This document shows, piece by piece, positions 42,401-50,069 of a stretch of DNA of 64,000 bases (positions within the stretch are counted from its first letter, which is position 1; each line of letters begins with the position of its first letter). The translations under genes were made by a program, and so were the position numbers. The notes beneath the pieces are model-generated. The model was not told the DNA's origin. It saw only the letters and a program-made list of their open reading frames with translations, and did not search any database. The DNA is from Bacteroidales bacterium (GTDB lineage Bacteria; Bacteroidota; Bacteroidia; Bacteroidales; ML635J-15), in the NCBI GenBank assembly GCA_016937855.1, contig JAFGVU010000202.1, positions 12,135 to 76,134 on the forward strand, read 5' to 3'.

Positions 42401-42687
42401 GTAATTTAACACTTACTGCTACTTTTAGCGACGCTAGTTTTGTAAATCCATCGACACTTAATAATGTGGAGTTATATCCTAATCCATTCTCTGATTTTAT
42501 ATATTTTGAAAACTACAATTCAATCGAAAAGGTTAGTATTATTAGTGTGACTGGCCAAATAGTTATGACTTTTGATAACATTCAAAACAATATGATTAAC
42601 ACTTCAGACCTAAATAATGGATTCTACTTCATTAGCATCGAAAGCCATGATGGAGAAACTATTGTTAAGAAAATGCTTAAACAATAA
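39496..42687 (+). CDS. T9SS (type A CTD) surface protein with duplicated ~370-aa module and InlB-type B-repeats
   Basis: Signal peptide and three B-repeat units (GG.V.GGG.Y..GE.V...A....GY.F..W......NPY.F.MP..N....A.F). C-terminal VELYPNPFSDFIYF...GFYFISIESHDGETIVKKMLKQ. Confidence 0.8.
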   Translation: MKTKSSNSIYSYCKKLILVFSVITFSLASIAQNISPYTNFYSLEDPNDVSFAIEWGESSTITNVVFFYWDEFDEYQETTLNSPADYQVSGNELTITQTFLNGLSPENGWELRFYAQFNSGPDAFFDIRVVQTIIPYIFEDSKEYDLSNPDDVFATIGWALGEDVTEVSVGGTPLSSADYEIIGDYLIFKNTYLATILTGVGNSITATITFDTDDTDTFVIEAVQSGIVAPEFSQSQFDINMVEMPEYVETIVTWNGASSITGMTVTMAENSGFPESMPYEDYTVTPIDGQTATLRINLGGGGKATKEMEYFFVSIEVNFNVGIPQYIFLGMFYEYFIVDINPSPDYAGYVSGGGEYEEGEEVIIEAFYNPNYSFVKWIIDGSVEEFQNPYSFSMPGNNVNIVAEFQSDYPEVISSFPANNQFGIDPESFIQITFDRNIIEGTTFNGFDDIGMEQGGMDWPISDIYIEEGNKLIIEPNSPMNMNTHYYLTIPAESIEDAGNPGNYMAQSYFLEFTTGMGSFTPGEISPEMNVFSVMEPGNVDFYIDWGDESSIEHIYYYYYDEFDVYHETELTLTTDYTIDGNILTINQSFIEGLSLDPGDSHWFYANFNSGFNSYFGIYIIETTIPTVSPDALSYDLNNPDDVFTNILFNMAESVSSVEVNSVALVENTDYHIEGIWLFIHNSYLQTELTAVDDFVEIDVEFNTSDVSTLTITAIQSGITNATINPESGTFDLSEMPETLETVITWNSASSVESLTIYSLEDGVMVEYDYPYYTVTPIDANTATLSIDLTEGGKGLNNTKTTDTYYATIKIEFDLGAEAFYYLTMTEEYYEVFVDVNPAFTGWVEGGGEFYIDEEVELEAFATPGYVFQNWRIDGTVVSDQNPYIFTMPDYDINITAYFIPETAPTFTLSLVADPIAGGTVSGGGDFILGESVTVTAIPETGYAFINWTDELDNIVSTSAEYTFTMPESNLTLTATFSDASFVNPSTLNNVELYPNPFSDFIYFENYNSIEKVSIISVTGQIVMTFDNIQNNMINTSDLNNGFYFISIESHDGETIVKKMLKQ
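39598..40715 (+). repeat. intragenic module copy A
   Basis: Aligns by eye with 41071-42195 through shared blocks: DEFD.Y.ET.L, GN.LTI.Q.F..GLS, NSG...F.I....TIP, YDL.NPDDVF, YTVTPID..TATL.I.L..GGK and the final B-repeat. Confidence 0.7.
41071..42195 (+). repeat. intragenic module copy B
   Basis: Diverged duplicate of 39598-40715, sharing the blocks listed for copy A. Confidence 0.7.
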
Positions 42688-42711
42688 ATAAAACTTAAAT
42701 AAAAAAAGAAA

Positions 42712-42740
42712 CTGCTCAAACTTTTGGGCAGTTTTTTTTT
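42712..42740 (+). terminator. rho-independent terminator
   Basis: CTGCTC (42712-42717) pairs with GGGCAG (42726-42731, one G-U), followed by T9. Confidence 0.65.
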
Positions 42741-42782
42741 GTATAAAATGTGTCTAATAATAAGGCACATAGATTACGACAA

Positions 42783-43112
42783 TTAAAAAATTGAATTGAT
42801 TATTTTTGTACTTATTTCTGTAAAATATGGCTCTTTAATTTTACAAACTTTTCTAATAACATCTCTATGCGTGTAGCCTGATATGATATGGCAAATCACA
42901 TAGCTTTGTTTCGACAACTCTTTACTTAACATATCATTATTAAGTTTGTAAGTATATTTTGAATTATAATTTTTTGAGGAAATCAAAGCAATATAAAAAA
43001 AATCTTCAGCCTCACTAATTTCATCATTAGAAATAATAACAGCCATATGTGGTTTAAAGGAACCGTCTGGGAATAAGAAATTCACCTCAACAATATCTTT
43101 CTGCTTATACAT
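42783..43112 (-). CDS. PemK/MazF-like type II toxin
   Basis: KDIVEVNF...KPHMAVIIS and SYVICHIISGYTHRDVIRKVCKI follow the MazF/PemK SH3-like fold pattern (GDIv.v.f...RPavViS; S.v.c.qi.ti....l). Its ATG overlaps the stop of the upstream small ORF. Confidence 0.6.
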   Translation of the reverse strand: MYKQKDIVEVNFLFPDGSFKPHMAVIISNDEISEAEDFFYIALISSKNYNSKYTYKLNNDMLSKELSKQSYVICHIISGYTHRDVIRKVCKIKEPYFTEISTKIINSIF

Positions 43113-43309
43113 TATAAATATTTTGAGATAACACCAGACATTGATCTCTTTGAGTTTGCAAAAAATATTTCAGCTTCTTGTTTAGCACTTAAATCAACCT
43201 GCTTCTTAATAAAAATACCTTTACCAGTAGATGCTAATAGTTTTGCAATTTCCAATAAAGCTTTCCCAGCTTTTGTTCTTGCATTTACCTCTATAGTTAC
43301 TGTTGACAT
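43112..43309 (-). CDS. putative antitoxin (65 aa)
   Basis: Small ORF translationally coupled to the MazF-like gene (1-nt stop/start overlap at 43112). Family not recognised. Confidence 0.45.
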   Translation of the reverse strand: MSTVTIEVNARTKAGKALLEIAKLLASTGKGIFIKKQVDLSAKQEAEIFFANSKRSMSGVISKYL

Positions 43310-43400
43310 TTTTTATTTTGTTTATAATGCAAAGATAGCTAATTACTAAATAATTTGCAAGTTTTATTGCAATATATAATTACAGTTGAATATTTCACTT

Positions 43401-43649
43401 TTAGGAAAATATTACGAGGATGATCCAGATCGGACTCGGGTGAAACAAGACAGAAAGGTTTTGAAATCAAAACCTGTTTTATCGTATATATGGTCTTATT
43501 GATGCGAGCATATAATATCGCGGATTATCCTCGTAAAATTCTTAGGAATTTTACGGGATGATCCAGTCTGGACTCGGGTGAACCAAGACAGAAAGGTTTT
43601 GAAATCAAAACCTGTTTTATCGTATATATAGTCTTATTGATGCGAGCAT
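43401..43649. repeat. tandem direct repeat, 2 units of ~108 bp (43401-43510 and 43542-43649)
   Basis: The units are near-identical by eye, and each contains the hairpin AGGTTTT-GAAATC-AAAACCT (43456-43475; 43594-43613). Unit 1 is closed by a 15-bp inverted repeat at 43412-43426 / 43522-43536. Confidence 0.85.
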
Positions 43650-43669
43650 CATAAGACCACATATACGAT

Positions 43670-43690
43670 AAAAGCCCGGCTTTGCCGGGC
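43670..43690 (-). terminator. terminator of the original (displaced) tRNA-Val 3' end
   Basis: GCCCGGC (43674-43680) pairs with GCCGGGC (43684-43690). On the minus strand it is followed by TTTT, immediately downstream of the tRNA 3' fragment. Confidence 0.7.
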
Positions 43691-43698
43691 TTTCTGTC

Positions 43699-43744
43699 TT
43701 GTGAGTCATGCTGGATTCGAACCAGCGACCCCTAGCCTGTCAAG
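43699..43744 (-). repeat. attL: displaced 3' part of tRNA-Val (anticodon loop to 3' end + 3 nt)
   Basis: 45 of 46 bp are identical to 57000-57045 (offset 13301 bp). The single difference, C43718 vs T57019, lies in the T-loop. Confidence 0.9.
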
Positions 43745-43806
43745 TGTATTTAAAAATATCAATACAAGCCATAATATCAAAGGGTTTAAGCTAGTTTTCA
43801 CAATTA

Positions 43807-43874
43807 TCATTTGCATGGTATTTGCAATTTAAAAATTGTTTTATAACATATTTGCTATCATAAAAACATTTGCC
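43807..43874 (+). promoter_or_regulatory. cluster of four ATTTGC(A) boxes inside the left end (candidate arm-type sites)
   Basis: TCATTTGCAT 43807, GTATTTGCAA 43818, ATATTTGCTA 43848 and ACATTTGCC 43866. The same motif, in the same orientation, is clustered at 56809-56870. Confidence 0.45.
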
Positions 43875-43979
43875 TAATTCCCATTAAACTCTAATCTTTT
43901 TAATGAAGTAAAAATACAAATATTTCACACAATCCCAATAGATAAAAGCCCAAATATTTGATATAATTAGAATCTTTTT

Positions 43980-43987
43980 TAACTTTG
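43980..43987 (+). promoter_or_regulatory. -7 box TAACTTTG for the cargo operon
   Basis: TAnnTTTG match 20 nt upstream of ATG 44008. Confidence 0.45.
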
Positions 43988-44007
43988 AAGACAAATTTTT
44001 AAAGATT

Positions 44008-47000
44008 ATGAATCTACAAACTTACATTTCCAATATTAATAGTCGTTATAAACTTGGAAACGCAACCGAACATACTTTTCGTGGCGACCTGCAGCAATTG
44101 TTCGAGGCATTGTTACCAGGAATAAAAGCCACCAACGAACCTAAACGGCAGGCTTGCGGTGCGCCCGATTACATCCTCACAAAAAAAGATATTCCGATTG
44201 CTTTTGTTGAGGCAAAGGACGTTGGTGCAGACCTTAACAGCAAATCATACAAGGAACAATTCGACCGCTACCGGAATTCGCTTAACAATCTTATTATTAC
44301 CGATTATTTAACATTCCAGTTTTTTAAAGATGGCAGCAAAGTTGACGAAATAAGTATTGCAGAAATATCTGAAAAAGGAATTATTGCAAAAGTCGAAAAC
44401 TTTGAAAAATTTGAGCTTTTACTGATTGAATTTTGCAAAAAAGTTGGTCAGACAATAAAAAGCCCAAAAAAACTTGCCGAAATGATGGCAGGTAAAGCAA
44501 GATTACTGGCTGATGTTATTGAAAAGGCTTTACTTAGTGATTCGGATAATTCCGAAGACAGCACACTCAAAGACCAGCTAATTGCTTTTCAACAAATACT
44601 AATACACGATATTTCTCCAAAAGCATTTGCTGATGTATATGCTCAAACAATTGCCTACGGTATGTTTGCTGCACGTTTGCACGATTCTACTTTGGATGAT
44701 TTTAGCAGACAGGAAGCTGCGGAACTGATCCCAAAATCAAATCCGTTTTTACGCAAACTGTTTGGCTACATTGCAGGACCGGACATTGACGACAGAATTA
44801 AATGGATTGTTGACAATCTTGTAGAAATATTCCTAGCTTGCGATGTTGCAAAGATTTTGGATAATTACGGCAAAGAAACCAAAACCGAAGACCCAATAAT
44901 TCACTTTTACGAAACATTTTTGAGCGAATACGATCCAAAACTGCGTAAAGCAAGGGGAGTTTGGTACACTCCTGCACCGGTTGTAAGTTTTATTGTGAGA
45001 GCTTTGGACGAAATTCTAAAAACAGAATTCGATTTACCAAACGGACTTGCCGACACATCCAAAACAAAGATAAAAGTAAATATGCAGGGCAAAATGGTTG
45101 AGCAGGAAGTACACAAAGTACAAATTCTCGATCCTGCAACTGGAACCGGAACATTTTTAGCCGAAACAATTAAGCATATTCATAAGAATTTTGAAGGACA
45201 ACAAGGAATCTGGAGTAATTATGTTGAAAATCATTTAATTCCTCGCCTTAACGGTTTTGAGTTGCTGATGGCAAGTTATGCAATGGCACATCTAAAACTC
45301 GAATTGCTATTAAAAGAAACAGGATTTAAACCAAGCTCAAACCAACGATTAAGAGTTTATTTAACCAACAGCCTCGAAGAGCACCACCAAGATACCGGAA
45401 CTTTATTTGCAAACTGGCTAAGTACCGAAGCAAGCGAAGCAAACAGAATTAAACGAGACACTCCGGTTATGTGTGTGATTGGAAATCCGCCGTATAGTGG
45501 CGAGAGTGCCAACAAAGGTGAATGGATAATGAAGTTGATGGAAGACTACAAAAAAGAACCAGGCGGAAAAGAAAAACTCAAAGAACAAAACTCAAAATTT
45601 ATCAATGACGATTATGTCAAGTTTTTGCGATATGGACAGCACTTTATAGAAAAAAATGGAAGCGGGATATTAGCATTTATTAATCCGCATGGCTTCATAG
45701 ATAATCCGACTTTTCGAGGCATGCGCTGGCATTTATTAAAAACTTATGATAAAATTTATACGTTGGATTTACACGGAAATGCAAAGAAAAAAGAAACTGC
45801 ACCAGATGGTTCTGCAGATGTTAATGTTTTTGATATAGAACAAGGCGTTTCAATAAATATCTTTATAAAAACTGGTAAGAAAAAACTTAATGAATTGGGA
45901 AGCATATTTCATTATGACTTGTACGGTAAAAGAGAATTAAAATATGATTTTCTTGCTGAAAATTCTTTAAAAAACGTAAAATATAAAAAGCTCGAACCAT
46001 TTGCTAACAGTTATGTTTTCAAAGAAATAGATGAAACTGCCCATTATAATTATGACAAAGGAATAAACCCAACCGAACTTTTTAAAATCAATGTAATGGG
46101 GTTTCAAACGCACAGAGATAACTTTTGTATTGATGAAAAGAAAAATATTTTATTTGATCGTTTATCACAATTTGCGCATTTCAATTTTGATGAAGATGAG
46201 ATTTTTAAAACATTTGGAATCAAATCAACAAGCGATTTTGATATTAGTAAAGCTAAATCAGAATTGTTAAAAGTTAATATTGAAAATGAAATAATAGAAT
46301 GTGCTTATCGACCTTTTGAGTGTAAATTTATTTACTTTGACAAAATAGTTGTTGATAGACCAAGAAAGGAACTTATAACTCATTCAAAGCATAGAGAAAA
46401 TCTATTACTAGGTATCGGTAGACAAGGTTTAGCAGTTGGAGATATACAATGGTGCCTGACAACCATTTCAAAACAACCAGTAGATGCAAATATTTTTAGA
46501 CGTGGGGGTGTGAATCTCTTCCCATTATATTTATATCCAGAAACAGATTCAACACAAAGCCTAAAATTAGATTCTATTCGCACTCCGAACTTGAATCAAG
46601 AAATTGTCTCACAAATTGCCGACAAGCTCAATTTAACTTTCACCAACGAAAAAGAGGCAACCGACAATACTTTTGCACCGATTGATATTCTCGATTACAT
46701 TTATGCAGTTTTACATTCGCCAACATACCGAGAGAAATACAAAGAGTTTTTAAAGATAGATTTTCCGAGAGTACCATATCCAAAAGACCAGGACACATTT
46801 TGGAAACTTGTAAAACTTGGTGGAGAAATACGGCAGATACATTTGCTCGAAAGTGAGATAGTAAACAAATACATCACAAGCTATCCGGAAGAAGGCGACA
46901 ATACAGTTACCAAACCAAATTACAACAGAGAATTGCAAAGAGTTTACATCAACGCAAACCAATATTTTGAAGGAGTTCCCGAAGTAGCATGGCATTTTTA

Positions 47001-47154
47001 CATCGGTGGCTATCAACCAGCCCAAAAATGGCTAAAAGATCGTAAAAATAGAGTTTTAGAATTTGATGATATTCTGCATTATCAAAAAATCATCGTTGCA
47101 CTTGCGGAAACAGATAGGTTGATGGGGGAAATTGACAAAATTGAAATTGAGTAG
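44008..47154 (+). CDS. single-chain restriction-modification enzyme: N-terminal PD-(D/E)xK-like nuclease + gamma-class N6-adenine MTase + Type ISP/IIG-like C-terminal domain
   Basis: Candidate nuclease motif GAPDY...(14 aa)...VEAKD, motif I ILDPATGTGTFL and motif IV GNPPYSGES. C-terminal blocks YAVLHSPTYREKYKEFLKIDFPRVPYP and GGYQPAQKWLKDRKNRVLEFDDILHYQKII. No helicase motifs. Confidence 0.75.
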   Translation: MNLQTYISNINSRYKLGNATEHTFRGDLQQLFEALLPGIKATNEPKRQACGAPDYILTKKDIPIAFVEAKDVGADLNSKSYKEQFDRYRNSLNNLIITDYLTFQFFKDGSKVDEISIAEISEKGIIAKVENFEKFELLLIEFCKKVGQTIKSPKKLAEMMAGKARLLADVIEKALLSDSDNSEDSTLKDQLIAFQQILIHDISPKAFADVYAQTIAYGMFAARLHDSTLDDFSRQEAAELIPKSNPFLRKLFGYIAGPDIDDRIKWIVDNLVEIFLACDVAKILDNYGKETKTEDPIIHFYETFLSEYDPKLRKARGVWYTPAPVVSFIVRALDEILKTEFDLPNGLADTSKTKIKVNMQGKMVEQEVHKVQILDPATGTGTFLAETIKHIHKNFEGQQGIWSNYVENHLIPRLNGFELLMASYAMAHLKLELLLKETGFKPSSNQRLRVYLTNSLEEHHQDTGTLFANWLSTEASEANRIKRDTPVMCVIGNPPYSGESANKGEWIMKLMEDYKKEPGGKEKLKEQNSKFINDDYVKFLRYGQHFIEKNGSGILAFINPHGFIDNPTFRGMRWHLLKTYDKIYTLDLHGNAKKKETAPDGSADVNVFDIEQGVSINIFIKTGKKKLNELGSIFHYDLYGKRELKYDFLAENSLKNVKYKKLEPFANSYVFKEIDETAHYNYDKGINPTELFKINVMGFQTHRDNFCIDEKKNILFDRLSQFAHFNFDEDEIFKTFGIKSTSDFDISKAKSELLKVNIENEIIECAYRPFECKFIYFDKIVVDRPRKELITHSKHRENLLLGIGRQGLAVGDIQWCLTTISKQPVDANIFRRGGVNLFPLYLYPETDSTQSLKLDSIRTPNLNQEIVSQIADKLNLTFTNEKEATDNTFAPIDILDYIYAVLHSPTYREKYKEFLKIDFPRVPYPKDQDTFWKLVKLGGEIRQIHLLESEIVNKYITSYPEEGDNTVTKPNYNRELQRVYINANQYFEGVPEVAWHFYIGGYQPAQKWLKDRKNRVLEFDDILHYQKIIVALAETDRLMGEIDKIEIE

Positions 47155-47157
47155 AAT

Positions 47158-48078
47158 ATGGAAACGAAAAGTACAGACACTGGAATCGAAGAAAAGCAAA
47201 ATATTTTTGTAAAGGTTATTATAATTATTGCAGTTATTGTTTTTGCTTTTGGAGTTTATATTGCATTTTTCCCTATTGCAAAATGGGGCATACATTACAG
47301 TAATGACGGCTTTGTTAGTGCTATTTTCTCACTTATTGGTGCAGTACTTTTCTTTGGCGCATTGGTTTACCAAATTAAAGAATATCAAAATCAGCTAACA
47401 GAATTAAAACTCTCAGTTGAAGCACAAACAGCATCAAGCATAGCAATGCAAGAGCAAAAAGAAATAATGCTTCAGGCAAATAATAGAGAGTTAATTTTGA
47501 GTTTAATTGATAAGTTGATAGATTATATGGAAAATAATAAAATTAATGGTTTTATAGAATCTACATTAAACAATTGCTTTAAATCTACTTACGTTTCGCA
47601 AACAAATATATCAAATTCAGATGTAAATGATTATGAAACCATTGACACAGCAATGAATAGTTTTTATAAGTCTTTCAAGGAATCTTTCAATAAAAACCAT
47701 GAAGATAATAAATTTAAAATAAGAAGTTTTATTATTCAAATCGAAGGGATACTAAATATAATTAAAAATATAAAAGAGATAGATGAAAAGGTTGCATTGA
47801 CTCAATTACTCATGTCAAACATAAAGGTTGTTGGGATTACGTACTATCTCACCTGGAGAATGAACAAAATGAGCTTTAATAGAATTTCTTTTGAGTGGCA
47901 AAAAACTGCATCCTCATATTTATTTAATAGTATAGATAAAAGCTACATAAACTTCAAAGCGTATTCAGTTAAAGATCAAGAAAATATCGAGATGCTTGAT
48001 AAGGAGTTAAAGCAACAATTCATAAATAATGGGATATTTGTTCTCTATCAAGAACAAGAACTAAGAAAAAATCATTAA
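47158..48078 (+). CDS. 2-TM membrane protein with coiled-coil, AbiC-like architecture
   Basis: Starts 4 nt after the MTase stop. It has two N-terminal TM helices, then YQIKEYQNQLTELKLSVEAQ, which resembles the TM-plus-Q/E-rich helix layout I recall for putative AbiC (PF16872) proteins. Confidence 0.4.
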   Translation: METKSTDTGIEEKQNIFVKVIIIIAVIVFAFGVYIAFFPIAKWGIHYSNDGFVSAIFSLIGAVLFFGALVYQIKEYQNQLTELKLSVEAQTASSIAMQEQKEIMLQANNRELILSLIDKLIDYMENNKINGFIESTLNNCFKSTYVSQTNISNSDVNDYETIDTAMNSFYKSFKESFNKNHEDNKFKIRSFIIQIEGILNIIKNIKEIDEKVALTQLLMSNIKVVGITYYLTWRMNKMSFNRISFEWQKTASSYLFNSIDKSYINFKAYSVKDQENIEMLDKELKQQFINNGIFVLYQEQELRKNH

Positions 48079-48134
48079 ATTAGCAAAATAGCTATATCCA
48101 GTTGGGTGGTAGGTCACGAAATACCGTAACAAAA

Positions 48135-48875
48135 ATGCAAGAATATATGGAAAGTCAAGAAAACATGCAAAATAAAAAAATACTCACTTTTAAAATTACT
48201 ATATCTTCAATTGCAATAATCTTATTAGTATTTCATTTAATATTTCCAACATTTTTAAATGACAATTTCTCTTTTATTCTATTACTCCTAATCTTGCTGC
48301 CCTGGATAAATATTATCGTAAAAAAAATAGAACTATTCGGAGTTTCGGTTGATTTAAACCCTCCTGATGATGCAAAGCAATCATACCCAGTTGAAACATA
48401 TGACAGTAACGGAACAAATGAGAAAAACAAATTAGTTATTATCAATTTTAAGGAATCTAAAAATTTTTATTTTGATCACACTTCAAAAAATATTTTGTTT
48501 ATAAATGCAAGAATAAATCATCCTCAAGAAGCTGGCGCTGGTGCTTTAATTAAAATTACTGTAAACAAAAAAGTTTTAACTGACAAGAACTTGTTATCAA
48601 AGCCGAATGAAAGAATAATTGGTGATGGACGTACATCGTTATGGTATAATGCTCGAAAAGAATCATTCATCATTCCATATAGCCCTGATTTTAAAGCGAA
48701 TTACTTTAGTGATAAATATAGAGTAATAAATGGTGATGCATACAACTTTAAATTCAATATTTCTCAAATCGTTTCTGATAATGGAAAATATTGCGTTCAA
48801 ATTGTCCATACTGGTGATAGTACAGAAGACCAATATAAAAATGCCATTATAATAAGGGAAATTGGAGTTGAGTAA
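48135..48875 (+). CDS. 2-TM membrane protein with unknown beta-rich C-terminal domain
   Basis: Same strand, less than 60 nt after the previous gene. It has two TM helices and no recognised motif. Start placed at ATG 48135 rather than TTG 48102. Confidence 0.5.
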   Translation: MQEYMESQENMQNKKILTFKITISSIAIILLVFHLIFPTFLNDNFSFILLLLILLPWINIIVKKIELFGVSVDLNPPDDAKQSYPVETYDSNGTNEKNKLVIINFKESKNFYFDHTSKNILFINARINHPQEAGAGALIKITVNKKVLTDKNLLSKPNERIIGDGRTSLWYNARKESFIIPYSPDFKANYFSDKYRVINGDAYNFKFNISQIVSDNGKYCVQIVHTGDSTEDQYKNAIIIREIGVE

Positions 48876-48958
48876 AAGTTATAGGTAACTTAAAATCTCA
48901 CTGATGGGCATATACAAGCCATTTAAGAAAAGAATATCGGCATCGCTGTTAATTGACA

Positions 48959-49942
48959 CTATTCCAAATCTTCCTTACTTTTCTTCTTTTTTACGACACC
49001 ATTCTCAAATTCATTTTCTACATCTCTTTTATAATACAGGTATTCATTATTGTTTTCAGGATTGATAATGTGTCTAATTTTGCTTTCTTGTCTAACAGTA
49101 TGCAAGTCTTTTTCGGAACAAGCACCATAAATAGACATCAGTTCTTGATTGTTTAGCCAATCATTCCTATCAAAGCTATTCTTTAATTCTTCAATAGGTA
49201 TCCGATTATTAATTTTAAAATTTACTCGAGTATTAGAAATAATAGGATGCAAATTTCGTGATAATTCTGCAATAATTGATTTTATTGCACGACTATCCAA
49301 AACTCCGACTTCAAAAAGCCATAAAATAAATGGACTTTCTTCTGTATATTCTACAAATCGTTTTTCCCTTTCCTCAATATCACCTGCTAAGGATTCAAGC
49401 ACATCATCAGTTAATGGAGAAAAGTAAGTTTCAAAAAAATCATTTAATCTTAAAGGATGAACCCAAGCTTCATCAGGATAAATATCATTCCCAATTGCAT
49501 CAGTCATGTAAAAATCAAAATACTTGTTCTGTGTAATGCTATAAACAATACTTTTGTTAAGGTGCAAACACTCAAACAAACCAGGTTTAAGATACATCAT
49601 GTCTAAATATATATACCCTAATCGCTCTATAAAAAAATCATAATCGAAGTTACTAATCAATTCGCTTATTTCTTGATTCGAGTTTTGTTTGGTTAGAAAA
49701 TATAGTAAATCGGATTGAAAATCTGCAATTGAAGTATTGATAAATATAGTTGGATTAACTTCTAGTGCATCCGAAATTTTTAATAATGTTGAAATCTTAG
49801 TGTCACCACTTTTAATTATATTGGTTATTCCTTGTCTTGTTACTCCAGATTCTTTTGCTAAAGTTTCAATATTCATGTTTTTCTCTTTCAGCAACAAATT
49901 CATTATTTGACCTATTTTACTCATAATCAGCATTTTAGACAA
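48959..49942 (-). CDS. XRE-family HTH regulator with large C-terminal extension ending in a second (HTH_17-like) DNA-binding motif
   Basis: N-terminal MNIETLAKESGVTRQGITNIIKSGDTKISTLLKISDAL is an XRE-type HTH. C-terminal ELMSIYGACSEKDLHTVRQESKIRHIINPENNNEYLYYKRDVENE resembles excisionase/MerR-type HTH. It is divergent from the Xis-like gene. Confidence 0.6.
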   Translation of the reverse strand: MSKMLIMSKIGQIMNLLLKEKNMNIETLAKESGVTRQGITNIIKSGDTKISTLLKISDALEVNPTIFINTSIADFQSDLLYFLTKQNSNQEISELISNFDYDFFIERLGYIYLDMMYLKPGLFECLHLNKSIVYSITQNKYFDFYMTDAIGNDIYPDEAWVHPLRLNDFFETYFSPLTDDVLESLAGDIEEREKRFVEYTEESPFILWLFEVGVLDSRAIKSIIAELSRNLHPIISNTRVNFKINNRIPIEELKNSFDRNDWLNNQELMSIYGACSEKDLHTVRQESKIRHIINPENNNEYLYYKRDVENEFENGVVKKKKSKEDLE

Positions 49943-50002
49943 TTCATTTATATTTATTTTATATTTTTCTTAGTTTTTCTTGTCATTTTTAGCAATTTTA
50001 CT

Positions 50003-50010
50003 TACATTTG
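50003..50010 (+). promoter_or_regulatory. -7 box TACATTTG in the divergent regulatory region
   Basis: TAnnTTTG match 59 nt upstream of ATG 50070. Confidence 0.35.
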
Positions 50011-50069
50011 TATCGTAAACAGAATGTATTTTACGCAAATATAGTAATAATTAACTAAATAATAAATTT

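Noticed and set aside
43565-43590. CTGGACTCGGGTGAACCAAGAC in each repeat unit loosely resembles the tRNA T-arm segment CTGGATTCGAACCAGCGAC, hinting at degenerate older att scars.
   Set aside because: The putative stems no longer pair, a 4-nt insertion is required, and no acceptor-stem remnant follows. The similarity is within chance for a ~20-mer.
43401-43649. The idea that the tandem repeats are a type III antitoxin RNA array (ToxI-like) or a retron msr/msd for the adjacent toxin gene.
   Set aside because: There are only two units and they are far longer (~108 bp) than ToxI-type repeats. The adjacent toxin is MazF-like with a protein partner, not ToxN/AbiE-like. No reverse transcriptase gene is present anywhere in the window.
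48953-49156. 67-aa plus-strand ORF overlapping the 3' end of the XRE regulator gene.
   Set aside because: It is entirely antisense to a 327-aa ORF with a clear HTH motif, and its hydrophobic low-complexity translation is typical of AT-rich antisense frames.
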